A stretch of DNA of 63,455 bases, counting the filler, from Octopus bimaculoides (Eukaryota): NCBI RefSeq assembly GCF_001194135.2. It is 6 parts of 6 records of this genome, joined end to end, with 100 filler letters (N's around TTAATTAATTAA, not from the genome) between each part and the next. Parts side by side here need not be neighbours in the genome. Positions count along the whole stretch, not along the records: positions 47,767 to 59,686 come from NC_068991.1; positions 59,787 to 61,834 come from NW_026326055.1; 4 more parts are not named here. One strand, written 5' to 3'. The notes under the pieces are model-generated. The model saw only the letters and a list, made by a program, of their open reading frames with translations, was not told the origin of the DNA and searched no databases. A program made the translations under genes and the position numbers. This document shows positions 50,344 to 61,834 of this stretch, piece by piece. The stretch's first letter is position 1, and every line of letters starts with the position of its first letter.

Positions 50344-50370
50344 CCGACGAAGGGCTACGCCCGAAACGAC
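50344..50370 (+). ncRNA. Degenerate hammerhead-like motif (Penelope-terminus-like)
   Basis: CCGACGA A GGGC-UAC-GCCC GAAAC GAC. Stem II and GAAA are intact, U4 and U16.1 are mutated, and no stem I is evident. Confidence 0.35.
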
Positions 50371-50857
50371 ATACACTCTCTCTTTCCTTTCCTGAGCGTC
50401 CAATAACACTATCCGTATCACGTCCTCACTTTGTCGTTTTTTTGTTACTGTTTTTTTGAACTTATATATATATATATATATATATATACGCGAATGTCTG
50501 TTGATTCAACAGATGAAATGGGACAGGCCTCTATGAGGTTGATCATATACTAGAAATAATTGGTGAATGTTAAATCAACAGTTTCAAAAGCTGATTTGGG
50601 GAGCGAAATTGGAAAAAACCGTTCTTAAAAATACCGGATTCTGAAGAAATTTTGGATACACAAAAAGGAGTGGGAATACCCGTTCGACACGTTCACCGAA
50701 GAAACGTAGTATTTCACAGTGGAACAGAAATGACAGTAGACATGAAAGAAGTGGATGACAAATAATTATGAAATGGATAAATGAAACAAAGGGACAATAC
50801 GTAGAACGTAAAACAAAGGATAGACAGACAGTAAGACAGACAGACAAACAGACAGAC

Positions 50858-50908
<51 letters not shown>

Positions 50909-50929
50909 CAGACAGATAGATAGATAGAT

Positions 50930-50964
<35 letters not shown>

Positions 50965-51075
50965 TAGACAGACGGATGGAGAGAGAGATAGATACATAGA
51001 CAGTATGTGAGTATATGTGTGTGTGTGTCTGTGCGTGTGCGAGTGTAAGTTGACAGATAAATAGATAGATAGATA

Positions 51076-51108
<33 letters not shown>

Positions 51109-52090
51109 GGAGAGAGAGAGAGAGAGAGAGAGATCTATAAAATAAGTACCCGGCTTTTAAAAGTACCGGGGTCGATTTATTCGACTAAAAATTCTTCAAG
51201 GCGGTGCCCCAGCATGGTCGCGGTCTGATGACTGAAACAATTAAAAGATGTAAGTAATTATGTCTGTATGTATATTGGATGCTGCATATTGTGATGAAAC
51301 TGGAACGAAGCCTTTTCGTTAATATTANNNNNNNNNNNNNNNNNNNNNNNNNNNNNNNNNNNNNNNNNNNNNNNNNNNNNNNNNNNNNNNNNNNNNNNNN
51401 NNNNNNNNNNNNNNNNNNNNNNNNNNNNNNNNNNNNNNNNNNNNNNNNNNNNNNNNNNNNNNNNNNNNNNNNNNNNNNNNNNNNNNNNNNNNNNNNNNNN
51501 NNNNNNNNNNNNNNNNNNNNNNNNNNNNNNNNNNNNNNNNNNNNNNNNNNNNNNNNNNNNNNNNNNNNNNNNNNNNNNNNNNNNNNNNNNNNNNNNNNNN
51601 NNNNNNNNNNNNNNNNNNNNNNNNNNNNNNNNNNNNNNNNNNNNNNNNNNNNNNNNNNNNNNNNNNNNNNNNNNNNNNNNNNNNNNNNNNNNNNNNNNNN
51701 NNNNNNNNNNNNNNNNNNNNNNNNNNNNNNNNNNNNNNNNNNNNNNNNNNNNNNNNNNNNNNNNNNNNNNNNNNNNNNNNNNNNNNNNNNNNNNNNNNNN
51801 NNNNNNNNNNNNNNNNNNNNNNNNNNNNNNNNNNNNNNNNNNNNNNNNNNNNNNNNNNNNNNNNNNNNNNNNNNNNNNNNNNNNNNNNNNNNNNNNNNNN
51901 NNNNNNNNNNNNNNNNNNNNNNNNNNNNNNNNNNNNNNNNNNNNNNNNNNNNNNNNNNNNNNNNNNNNNNNNNNNNNNNNNNNNNNNNNNNNNNNNNNNN
52001 NNNNNNNNNNNNNNNNNNNNNNNNNNNNNNNNNNNNNNNNNNNNNNNNNNNNNNNNNNNNNNNNNNNNNNNNNNNNNNNNNNNNNNNNNN

Positions 52091-52450
52091 CTATTGTCAT
52101 AGGTGCCCTGGGAATGACAGCGAAACGGGCTGATTACTACCTAGCTCAGATACCAGGAAACCCCAAAATGGCTGAAGTTCAAAAGATAGTGCTCATGGGA
52201 ACTGCCCATATCCTACGTAAAATACTGTCTATGTGAGCTCAAATTTTAAAGCAAACACATAATTTTCTTATGGTTTCTTAAACATTCACTAGAACAAAAC
52301 TGTACAAATCCAAATATATGGTACCCTAGGCATAACACCTACATGAACTTCTAACTTGTTGTCTCTTGGGATCTCTGGGTGAGACTTGGATCCAACTTGT
52401 ACAAATGCAAGACAAAAGTCAAACATAAAATAATAATAATGATAATAATA
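52091..52450 (+). mobile_element. R4/Dong-like LINE 3' end, second copy, with (TAA)n tail
   Basis: Nearly identical to the reverse complement of 36612-36907. Ends in aaataataataatgataataata. Confidence 0.85.
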
Positions 52451-52875
52451 TTCTGCTCAATACCACACATTTGCTTGTCAGTTGCTTGACCTTAACCAGT
52501 TGAGCATGTCCCTTAGTGGCTGGCGATATGTGCGTCTCTGAACACGAGCAGAAGTAGTGGGCGAGCATCATGGCCATGTGTTGAGAGGAATTTGGGGGGG
52601 TTTGAATAATTTACCTCTGGAAGCATGGATATTTCGTTCAACATCCTTACAGGCCTTTATTCAAAGTGGTGTTTCCCTTCTCATGGGGAATTTTTTATGC
52701 GATGTTTATCTTGATATGAGATCCCCATATCGCGCACGTATGCTTGTGATGCATGTGCCTCGTGTACCCTTATCAGACAAGTAGACATGATGGGTATATT
52801 GGGCTTCGTATATTTTACCCCAGTGTCACTTTGATGGCATGCACTGCTCTCTCACTCAATAATAATAATAATAAT
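52450..52875 (+). mobile_element. (TAA)n-flanked interspersed repeat, probable non-LTR 3' UTR
   Basis: Shares attctgctcaataccaca-atttgcttgtcagttg... with 61500-61834 and ends in (AAT)n. Confidence 0.65.
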
Positions 52876-53498
52876 TCTTTCTTTATTAGTCACAAGGGCC
52901 ACAAAAAATATTTAGGAAAATTCAAAGAGAAACGACTGTGGGGAATTTGCAAATATGCGTGTAAACTATTCAAACATTAACAATTAACAAGAAAATTCCT
53001 AATAACAAAATTCCCCAAAAGAAGGGAAATGCCACCCAGAACCAACCAAGGGACCCCACAGATTTTGAATCACCATACATCCCAGAAGTACCATGGCAAG
53101 TACTCCTTTCACCTCCGTACTTTGCACTCAATTTCATTCACTCGGGCCATTCTTGCTATGTTTATGTTCTTTAAACAAATAATAATAATTATAACAATTC
53201 CAAATTTTGGTACAAAGCCAACAATTTAGGTGGGAGGAGCAAGTTAATTATATTGACCTTATTTCATCGTCCCGGAAACGATGACAGTCAAGTTTGACCT
53301 CAGCAGAATTTGAACTCAGAACGTAAAGAGCTGCAAAAAAACAAAAAAACAAAAATGTAAGAAAAAGGTCACAAATATTTTTTCCGACCCGCTAATGATT
53401 CTGTTCAGCCACCGCCTTGATTATAATGCCGAATTCACTAACTACACTATTAACAATAACGAACTGTTAAATATGACGACACAAACATATACTAGACG

Positions 53499-53870
53499 CT
53501 GGTGTGGCTGTGTGGTAAGTAGCTCGCTTACCAACCACATGGTTCCGGGTTCAGTCCCACTGCGTGGCACCTTGGGCAAGTGTCTTTTACTATAGCCTCG
53601 GGCCGACCAAAGCCTTGTGAGTGGATTTGGTAGACGGAAACTGAAAGAAGCCCGTCGTATATGTGTGTGTGTGTGTGTGTGTTTGTCCCTACACCATCGC
53701 TTGACAACAGATGTTGATGTGTTTATGTCCCTGTAACTTAACGGTTCGGCAAAAGAACGATAGAATAGGTACTAGGCCTACAAAGAATAAAACCATGGGG
53801 TCAATTTGTTCGACTAAAGGCGGTGCTTTAGCATGGCCACAGTCAAATGACTGAAACAAATAAAAAATAA
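53499..53870 (+). mobile_element. SINE family A, full copy
   Basis: Homologous to 44314-44735. CpGs intact. Confidence 0.9.
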
Positions 53871-54013
53871 AACATGCCAATTAAATGCATTAATACTAAT
53901 ATAATTGAATATGATTACACTAGCTTAACTAATAATATGGTAACACTAACAGAACTATTATCTAGAAATAATACTTAAATATATTAATACAAATCTCACT
54001 ATTATAAATATTC

Positions 54014-54225
54014 TTTTCTACTCTAGGCACAGGACCCGAAATTTTGAGGGAGGGGGCCAGTCGATTAGATCGACCCCAGTACGCAACTGGTACTTAGTTT
54101 ATCGACCCCGAAAGGAGGAAAGGCAAACTCAACCTCGGCGGAATTTGAGCTCAGAACATAAAGACAGACGAAATACCGCTAAGCATTTCGCCCGGCGTGC
54201 TAAAGTTTCTGCCAGCCCGCCGCCT
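54014..54225 (-). mobile_element. SINE family B (tRNA-derived head; gcctttcatcctttcggggtcgataaa core), full copy
   Basis: Head aaggcggcgggctggcagaaac...gttctgagctcaaattccgccgagg. 3' gtgcctagagtagaaaagaat. Confidence 0.88.
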
Positions 54226-55092
54226 TTCACTAACATAAATATTTATTTCTTTATTGCCCACAGGGTTTTAACATAGAGGGGACAAACAAAGAGTTTAAGT
54301 CGATTACATCGACCCCAGTGCGTAACTGGTACTTATTTAATCGACCCCGAAAAGATGAAAGGCAAAGTCGACTTTGAACTCAGAACGTAACGGTTCACAC
54401 AAATTTTATCCTTTATCTGTTTCAGTCATTAAACTGCGGCTATGCTGGGGCACCACCTTAAAGGGTTTAGTCGAACTTATTTTAAGTTTGTTACTTCTTC
54501 TATCTCTATTTTTTCGTCGAACTCCAAAGTTACAAGGACAAGAACAAACAAACACCGGCTGTCAGTTGGTGCTGGTGAGACAAACAGAAACACTTAGACG
54601 CACACATATACACAAACNNNNNNNNNNNNNNNNNNNNNNNNNNNNNNNNNNNNNNNNNNNNNNNNNNNNNNNNNNNNNNNNNNNNNNNNNNNNNNNNNNN
54701 NNNNNNNNNNNNNNNNNNNNNNNNNNNNNNNNNNNNNNNNNNNNNNNNNNNNNNNNNNNNNNNNNNNNNNNNNNNNNNNNNNNNNNNNNNNNNNNNNNNN
54801 NNNNNNNNNNNNNNNNNNNNNNNNNNNNNNNNNNNNNNNNNNNNNNNNNNNNNNNNNNNNNNNNNNNNNNNNNNNNNNNNNNNNNNNNNNNNNNNNNNNN
54901 NNNNNNNNNNNNNNNNNNNNNNNNNNNNNNNNNNNNNNNNNNNNNNNNNNNNNNNNNNNNNNNNNNNNNNNNNNNNNNNNNNNNNNNNNNNNNNNNNNNN
55001 NNNNNNNNNNNNNNNNNNNNNNNNNNNNNNNNNNNNNNNNNNNNNNNNNNNNNNNNNNNNNNNNNNNNNNNNNNNNNNNNNNNNNNNNNNNN

Positions 55093-55145
<53 letters not shown>

Positions 55146-55544
55146 GCACACACACTAGAAACGTTTCAACTGATTGCTAAAACATTTCCAGCATTCCACC
55201 ACTATTATCATTATTAATCTTCTTAACAACCTAGTCTTGGTATTTCGTCAAAACGATCCAACTATCTATACTAATTAAACACAACAATTGCAATTAAAAT
55301 ATTTATCATTCGTTGTTATTGTTGTTCTTGTTGTTGTTAGCGGTTGTGGCGGCGGCGGCGGTGACATTAATGATGGTGGTGGTGGCAATTAGCTTTTATT
55401 ATAAGCCAGTCGAGTGAAAGTAAAATGGCGTCCATTGGACCATAACCTTGCTTTAATGACGAAAGCGGAGTGGTTTATCCGGGTACGTAATTTGTGCTTG
55501 TTTGTTTATTTACTTTAAAATATCCGTCTCATATGGGAATTTTA

Positions 55545-55729
55545 TGAATGACAATAGAGGAAAGTGACCGAGAAGAGATGGAGGGAGAGAGAAAAGGAAA
55601 GAAAAACAGAGAGACAGTAGGAGAGACGAAGACACAGAGACAGTAGGAGAGAGAACGAGAGACAGAAGGAGAAATGGAGTGGCAAAGATAGAAGTGGTAG
55701 AAGAGAGAGAGATGGATAGAAACACACAG

Positions 55730-55800
<71 letters not shown>

Positions 55801-55833
55801 TAGAAACACACAGGTAGAGTGAGAGAGAGAGAT

Positions 55834-55865
<32 letters not shown>

Positions 55866-56120
55866 TGGGAGAGAGAGAGAAGGGGGAGAGAGAGGGGAGA
55901 GTGAAAAGGGGAGAAAGAGAGTTAGAGAAAGGAAGACAGACAGGTAGATAGATAGACAGACAGACAGAAAGAGAAGAAAAAATGAAGACAAAGATAATAA
56001 GAGAGGAAGTGAGAATGTGAGACGTAAAGACGGAGAGACAGATTGACGGAGACACGAGAAAGAGAAAGACACGAAGACATGAAGACACGCAGTCAGTCGG
56101 AGAGAGACGAAAACTGAGAA

Positions 56121-56157
<37 letters not shown>

Positions 56158-56235
56158 GGACATTCTGAGATACGGAGAGAAACAGAGAGAATGACGAAAA
56201 GATACAGCGACAGCAGGACAGAGAGAAGAGGCAGA

Positions 56236-56276
<41 letters not shown>

Positions 56277-56420
56277 AAAGATGAAGACATAGAGACAGTA
56301 GTAGAGAGACAGAGAGGATAGTGAGAGAGACAGAGAGGATAGTGAGAGAGACAGAGAGACAGAGAGACAGATAGTTAGGTGGACAGATGGAGAGACACGA
56401 GAGAGAGAGAGAGAGAGCGG
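55545..56420 (+). repeat. ~0.9-kb polypurine (GA-rich) tract
   Basis: (GA)n runs interleaved with GAGAC/GATA-type units. Internal duplication gagagagatggatagaaacacacaggtagag. Confidence 0.9.
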
Positions 56421-57272
56421 GAGGATTCACATAAGAAACTGATGTCGCTTCTGAACAAGTCTGGTCGGGAGATAAAATGTTTCTCTCTCGAGGGTTGGTT
56501 NNNNNNNNNNNNNNNNNNNNNNNNNNNNNNNNNNNNNNNNNNNNNNNNNNNNNNNNNNNNNNNNNNNNNNNNNNNNNNNNNNNNNNNNNNNNNNNNNNNN
56601 NNNNNNNNNNNNNNNNNNNNNNNNNNNNNNNNNNNNNNNNNNNNNNNNNNNNNNNNNNNNNNNNNNNNNNNNNNNNNNNNNNNNNNNNNNNNNNNNNNNN
56701 NNNNNNNNNNNNNNNNNNNNNNNNNNNNNNNNNNNNNNNNNNNNNNNNNNNNNNNNNNNNNNNNNNNNNNNNNNNNNNNNNNNNNNNNNNNNNNNNNNNN
56801 NNNNNNNNNNNNNNNNNNNNNNNNNNNNNNNNNNNNNNNNNNNNNNNNNNNNNNNNNNNNNNNNNNNNNNNNNNNNNNNNNNNNNNNNNNNNNNNNNNNN
56901 NNNNNNNNNNNNNNNNNNNNNNNNNNNNNNNNNNNNNNNNNNNNNNNNNNNNNNNNNNNNNNNNNNNNNNNNNNNNNNNNNNNNNNNNNNNNNNNNNNNN
57001 NNNNNNNNNNNNNNNNNNNNNNNNNNNNNNNNNNNNNNNNNNNNNNNNNNNNNNNNNNNNNNNNNNNNNNNNNNNNNNNNNNNNNNNNNNNNNNNNNNNN
57101 NNNNNNNNNNNNNNNNNNNNNNTGTGTGTTAAATTTTAAGGCACGATAAGAAAATGACTCTCCCCAGACACAACAGAATATGCTTCAACACACGAAATCA
57201 CATAATAAATCTTGCAAACCAAATCCAAAAACGAAATATATATATATATGGAAAAAAGACAAAGTAGAAAAA

Positions 57273-57485
57273 GCTAAAATACTTTTATAAAGAACATTAC
57301 AGTACCGGTTTCGATACTTGAGATCTTTTCAACAGTAAATATGAATAATAAATTTTTGAAAAATTAAATTTTCGTAAATTTAAAAGAAAAGTCTTTTTAA
57401 ATACATATTTGTATAGTATTTACTGTTGAAAAGATCCCAAGGATCGAAACCAGTACTGTAATGTTCTTTATAAAAGTATTTTAGC
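57273..57485. repeat. Fold-back with 69-bp inverted arms and 75-bp spacer
   Basis: Arms 57273-57341 and 57417-57485, 66/69 complementary. Confidence 0.9.
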
Positions 57486-57875
57486 ATTTTCTGTGAAGAA
57501 CATAGTGGAATATATCTACTCGTGTGTTCCTCTTCAACCTTTTACATATATATATATATAGTTATGGTATATTCTGTGAAGAACATAGTGAAATACAGTA
57601 TAAAGCTCGTCCACCTTCAGATTTACCCTGTGCTATCCAGCAGTAGTATTTTACGTACATCCATGCGTTTGGGTACCTGTCATGAGTGAATATGTAATTG
57701 AAAAAAAAAATGGAGTCAACAAGAAGGGGTACATTTATTTTTAAATCACTACAATTGTTTCAACACAACGTAGTTCTCTAGGTGTACAGGTTTTTGATTA
57801 TATAAATGTTTCCCTGCATTATGAGATCTAGTTGTGTTTTCTCAAACGATATGTAAATATTGTCTCTGTGAACTA

Positions 57876-58109
57876 CATTATTTACATTATTTACATTTGA
57901 CGGATATTTGTCCTCATCTTGTTTGTTGTTAACACAACGTTTCGGCTGATATACACTCCAGCCTTCATCAAGTGTCCTGGGGAAATTTCGAACCTGGGTT
58001 CTCATTCCTAAGGTATTTTTCGATGTCATTATTATCATTATTATTATTCAGGTCACTCGGAATCTTGGGGTTAGTAAGCCCGCGTTCTTAACCACTATGC
58101 CATATGCCC
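57876..58109 (-). mobile_element. tRNA-headed SINE-like element carrying the hammerhead motif (Penelope-terminus-like body)
   Basis: 5' GGGCATATGGCATAGTGGTTAAG (A box), GGG-loop-CCC anticodon-like arm, truncated B box, (AAT)n spacer, hammerhead, and 3' tandem tail (TAAATAATG)n. Confidence 0.65.
57931..57976 (-). ncRNA. Minimal type I hammerhead ribozyme motif
   Basis: The minus strand reads GACAC UUGAUGA A GGCUG gaguguauau CAGCC GAAA C GU U GUGUU. Stem I is GACAC/GUGUU, stem II GGCUG/CAGCC, stem III the loopless palindrome AACGUU, and the cleavage triplet GUU. C3 is U in this copy. Confidence 0.7.
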
Positions 58110-58787
58110 TTGGGCAATTATGGAGTGAATTTTAGGGTTTATAAAGCTAATATTTATAAAGCTAATAACACACGCACACACACACTCACACACACACACA
58201 TTCACATAAACATACATATATACATACATACATATATATTATAAAGTTAATAAAAGAAAATAGAGGAGAAAAAATATAATAGATACTTAATTCATTTTAT
58301 TTTTATCAAAATGGGAAAGTAATGCAAAGATGGAATTTGGGGGTTATTTTCCTCTTCCCTTACCTATAAATTTATACTTAAAATTTCTTCATCTGAAAGA
58401 CTCCACCTCTTGATTTCTTTTGTTTTGCATGAATGCATATATACATATTTTGTATGTTATACCCAAACATTTATATTTAATATATTTAATATACTTGATG
58501 TATCTAATTTGTTTATCCGCATAATTGCCTCTCTCTCTCTATATATATATATATGGAACGAGATATTGCCTCTCTATATATATTATAGGAACAAGCTATG
58601 TACCAACCCTTCTGGTCATGCTATCTTGGACAGCAAAAATTTGCAAACTATTAAGATTTAGAAAATGATGAACAAAGCAAAATGGCATTCTTCTTGATAG
58701 CAACCTTCTTGATAGCAATCTTGCTATCAAGCAGGTGGTCGGTCGAAAGTAACCTGAAATGCATGCATAGAGGTTTTTTTTTTTTTT

Positions 58788-59158
58788 GTTAGCACTCCGT
58801 CGCTTACGACGTCGAGGGTTCCAGTTGATCCAATCAACGGAACAGCCTGCTCGTGAAATTAACGTGCAAGTGGCTGAGCACTCCACAGACACGTGTACCC
58901 TTAATGTAGTTCTAGGGGATATTCAGCGTGACACAGAGTGTGACAAGGCCGATCCTTTGAATTACAGGTACAACAGAAACAGGAAGTAAGACTGAGAGAA
59001 AGTTGTGGTGAAAGAGTACAGCAGGGTTCGCCAGCATCCCCTGCCGGAGCCTAGTGGAGCTTTAGGTGTTTTCGCTCAATAAACACTCACAACGCCCGGT
59101 CTGGGAATCGAAGCCGCGATCCTCCGACCTCCTAACCACTGGGCCATTGCGCCTCCAC
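58788..59158 (-). mobile_element. SINE family C (tRNA-like head gtggaggcgcaatggcccagtggttagg), near full length
   Basis: A box and B box (ttcgattccc) on the - strand. Body shared with 60116-60392, 41763-42050, 35300-35599, 23200-23525 and 16690-16895. Confidence 0.9.
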
Positions 59159-59432
59159 GTATAGAGGTAGTAAGATAGATAAATACACTTAGGCTTGATA
59201 CGTATTCTGTAATTATGATTTTCTGGGAAATGCTTAATCTAAGAAAGACAGGAATATTATTATACCTATGTAAAATTTGTTACACGTTACATTTAGTTCA
59301 GTCATATCACAGGCGTATAAGAGGGTGAGTGAGAAGGACCGAGATAACAGATAAATAGTAAGAAAAAGAGCGATACACAAATATACATATCTGCGTGTAT
59401 GTGTATGTGTATGAAGCGCGCGCGTGTGTGTG

Positions 59433-59479
<47 letters not shown>

Positions 59480-60115
59480 AGGGGGAGAAGAGACAAAGAG
59501 TTTAAAGTGTATCGTTAGGAATATCAATTATATCCGGTTAAATTTCTAGGAAAACGCTTTCAAAATCACACGATATAATACTCCTGACACTGTTTCTCAC
59601 AAAAATAAATATCTATTTGTGCGAGTATTAGTATGCGCGCGGGTGCGTGTATGTAAATGTTTGTGTGTATATATATATATATATATNNNNNNNNNNNNNN
59701 NNNNNNNNNNNNNNNNNNNNNNNNNNNNNNTTAATTAATTAANNNNNNNNNNNNNNNNNNNNNNNNNNNNNNNNNNNNNNNNNNNNTATATGATCTCATA
59801 AATAAAGTTACAAATGTTCTTTTTCTTGCTATCTATCCCTCACACTACTACTACTACTACTACCACCACAACCACCACGACTACAACCACCACCACTACT
59901 ACTAGTAGTAGTACTACCACCGCCACCACTAGTCCAGTCCCCAAGTCGATGCTTATTTAACTCGTATTTCATCGCTCTTCCCTCTTTCTCCACCCCTTTC
60001 TGCAACATACCTTGCTAGAGGACACTGCTATAAGTTCGCTCGACTTGCTAGAAACAGCAGCCAATTTTTTGTAAATGTGGCCCTATAGCATAGATAGATA
60101 GATAGATAGATAGAT

Positions 60116-60392
60116 TGTTGGCACTCCGTCGCTTACGACGTCGAGGGTTCCAGTTGATCCAATCAACGGAACAGCCTGCTCGTGAAATTAACGTGCAAGT
60201 GGCTGAGCACTCCACAGACACGTGTACCCTTAACGTAGTTCTCGGGGATATTCAGCGTGACACAGTGTGACAAGGCTGACCCTTTGAATTACAGGCACAA
60301 CAGAAACAGGAAGTAAGAGTAAGAGAAAGTTGTGGTGGAAGAATACAGCAGGGTTCGCCACCATCCCCTGCCGGAGCCTCGTGGAGCTTTAG
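60116..60392 (-). mobile_element. SINE family C copy, head in gap
   Basis: Nearly identical to 58788-59060. Confidence 0.9.
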
Positions 60393-61007
60393 NNNNNNNN
60401 NNNNNNNNNNNNNNNNNNNNNNNNNNNNNNNNNNNNNNNNNNNNNNNNNNNNNNNNNNNNNNNNNNNNNNNNNNNNNNNNNNNNNNNNNNNNNNNNNNNN
60501 NNNNNNNNNNNNNNNNNNNNNNNNNNNNNNNNNNNNNNNNNNNNNNNNNNNNNNNNNNNNNNNNNNNNNNNNNNNNNNNNNNNNNNNNNNNNNNNNNNNN
60601 NNNNNNNNNNNNNNNNNNNNNNNNNNNNNNNNNNNNNNNNNNNNNNNNNNNNNNNNNNNNNNNNNNNNNNNNNNNNNNNNNNNNNNNNNNNNNNNNNNNN
60701 NNNNNNNNNNNNNNNNNNNNNNNNNNNNNNNNNNNNNNNNNNNNNNNNNNNNNNNNNNNNNNNNNNNNNNNNNNNNNNNNNNNNNNNNNNNNNNNNNNNN
60801 NNNNNNNNNNNNNNNNNNNNNNNNNNNNNNNNNNNNNNNNNNNNNNNNNNNNNNNNNNNNNNNNNNNNNNNNNNNNNNNNNNNNGTAATCTGGCCGGTGT
60901 TTATATTGCATACTGGAACTAGTCTTCTGGTGGTGGTGGTGGTGGTGGATAAGGTGACTAAGTGGTGGAGATGGTAGTGGTGTGGAGGTAGTGGTGGTGG
61001 TGTGGGG

Positions 61008-61320
61008 CTTAGGCTATTACATCGACCCCCAGTGTTCAAATGGTACTTATTTCATTGACCCCCGAATGGATAAAAGACAAAGTGGACCTCGGCTGAATTT
61101 GAACACAGAACGTTGCGACGGGCGAAATACCTCTAAGCATTTCGTCCAGCGCGCTAACGATTCTGCCAGCTCGCCTCCTTATTGGTTTAAGATTTTGGCA
61201 CAATGCCAGCAAGGTTTGAGGGTGGAGCAAGTCCATTACTTCGACCCCCAGTGTATGACTACATACTGGTACCTATTTTATCGACACCTGAAGGATGAAA
61301 GACAAAGTCGATCACGGCGG
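61008..61320 (-). mobile_element. Two tandem SINE family B copies
   Basis: About 61008-61160 and 61190-61320. Other copies at about 2225, 15040, 22165, 23897, 36155, 41522, 53205 and 54243. Confidence 0.8.
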
Positions 61321-61497
61321 AACAATAATAATAATAATAATAATAACGTTGTTGTATTACATGAAGATATTTCACTACCTCCCCTCCCGAAGTTGTCAGT
61401 CATACTGTAACATCTCTTATCCTTCACTCGCCCCAGGACGCTTGACTGTAACAAAGATGCAGATTAAAAGTAATTAATAATAATAATAATGATAATT

Positions 61498-61834
61498 GCC
61501 CGGATGCAGAACCAGGCACTGGCTTTCATGGCTTCTGATCTTAACTGATTGGAAGTGTTATCATGTACATTGTTTTGTCTTGGTATAAAAGATGGGCTAC
61601 TGTAAATATTCTGCTCAATACCACAGATTTGCTTGTCAGTTGTTTGACCTTAACCAGTTGAGCATGTCCCTTGGTGGCTGACGATATGTGCATCTCTGAT
61701 CACGAGCAGAAGTAGTGGGTGGGGGCATTATAACCTTGTGTTAAGAGGAATTCTTTGGGGTTTGAATAATTCACTTCTGGAAACGTGTTTCGTTCAACAT
61801 CCTTAAACAACCCTTATTCAGGGACCTTTTGAGT
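61498..61834 (+). mobile_element. Second copy of the (TAA)n-flanked repeat
   Basis: Preceded by (TAA)n. Homologous to 52450-52680. Runs into a gap. Confidence 0.65.

Noticed and set aside
58050-59158. tRNA-like sequences (also at 53499, 54200, 28230)
   Set aside because: They have A/B boxes but no complete cloverleaf and are attached to repeat bodies, so they are SINE heads, not tRNA genes.
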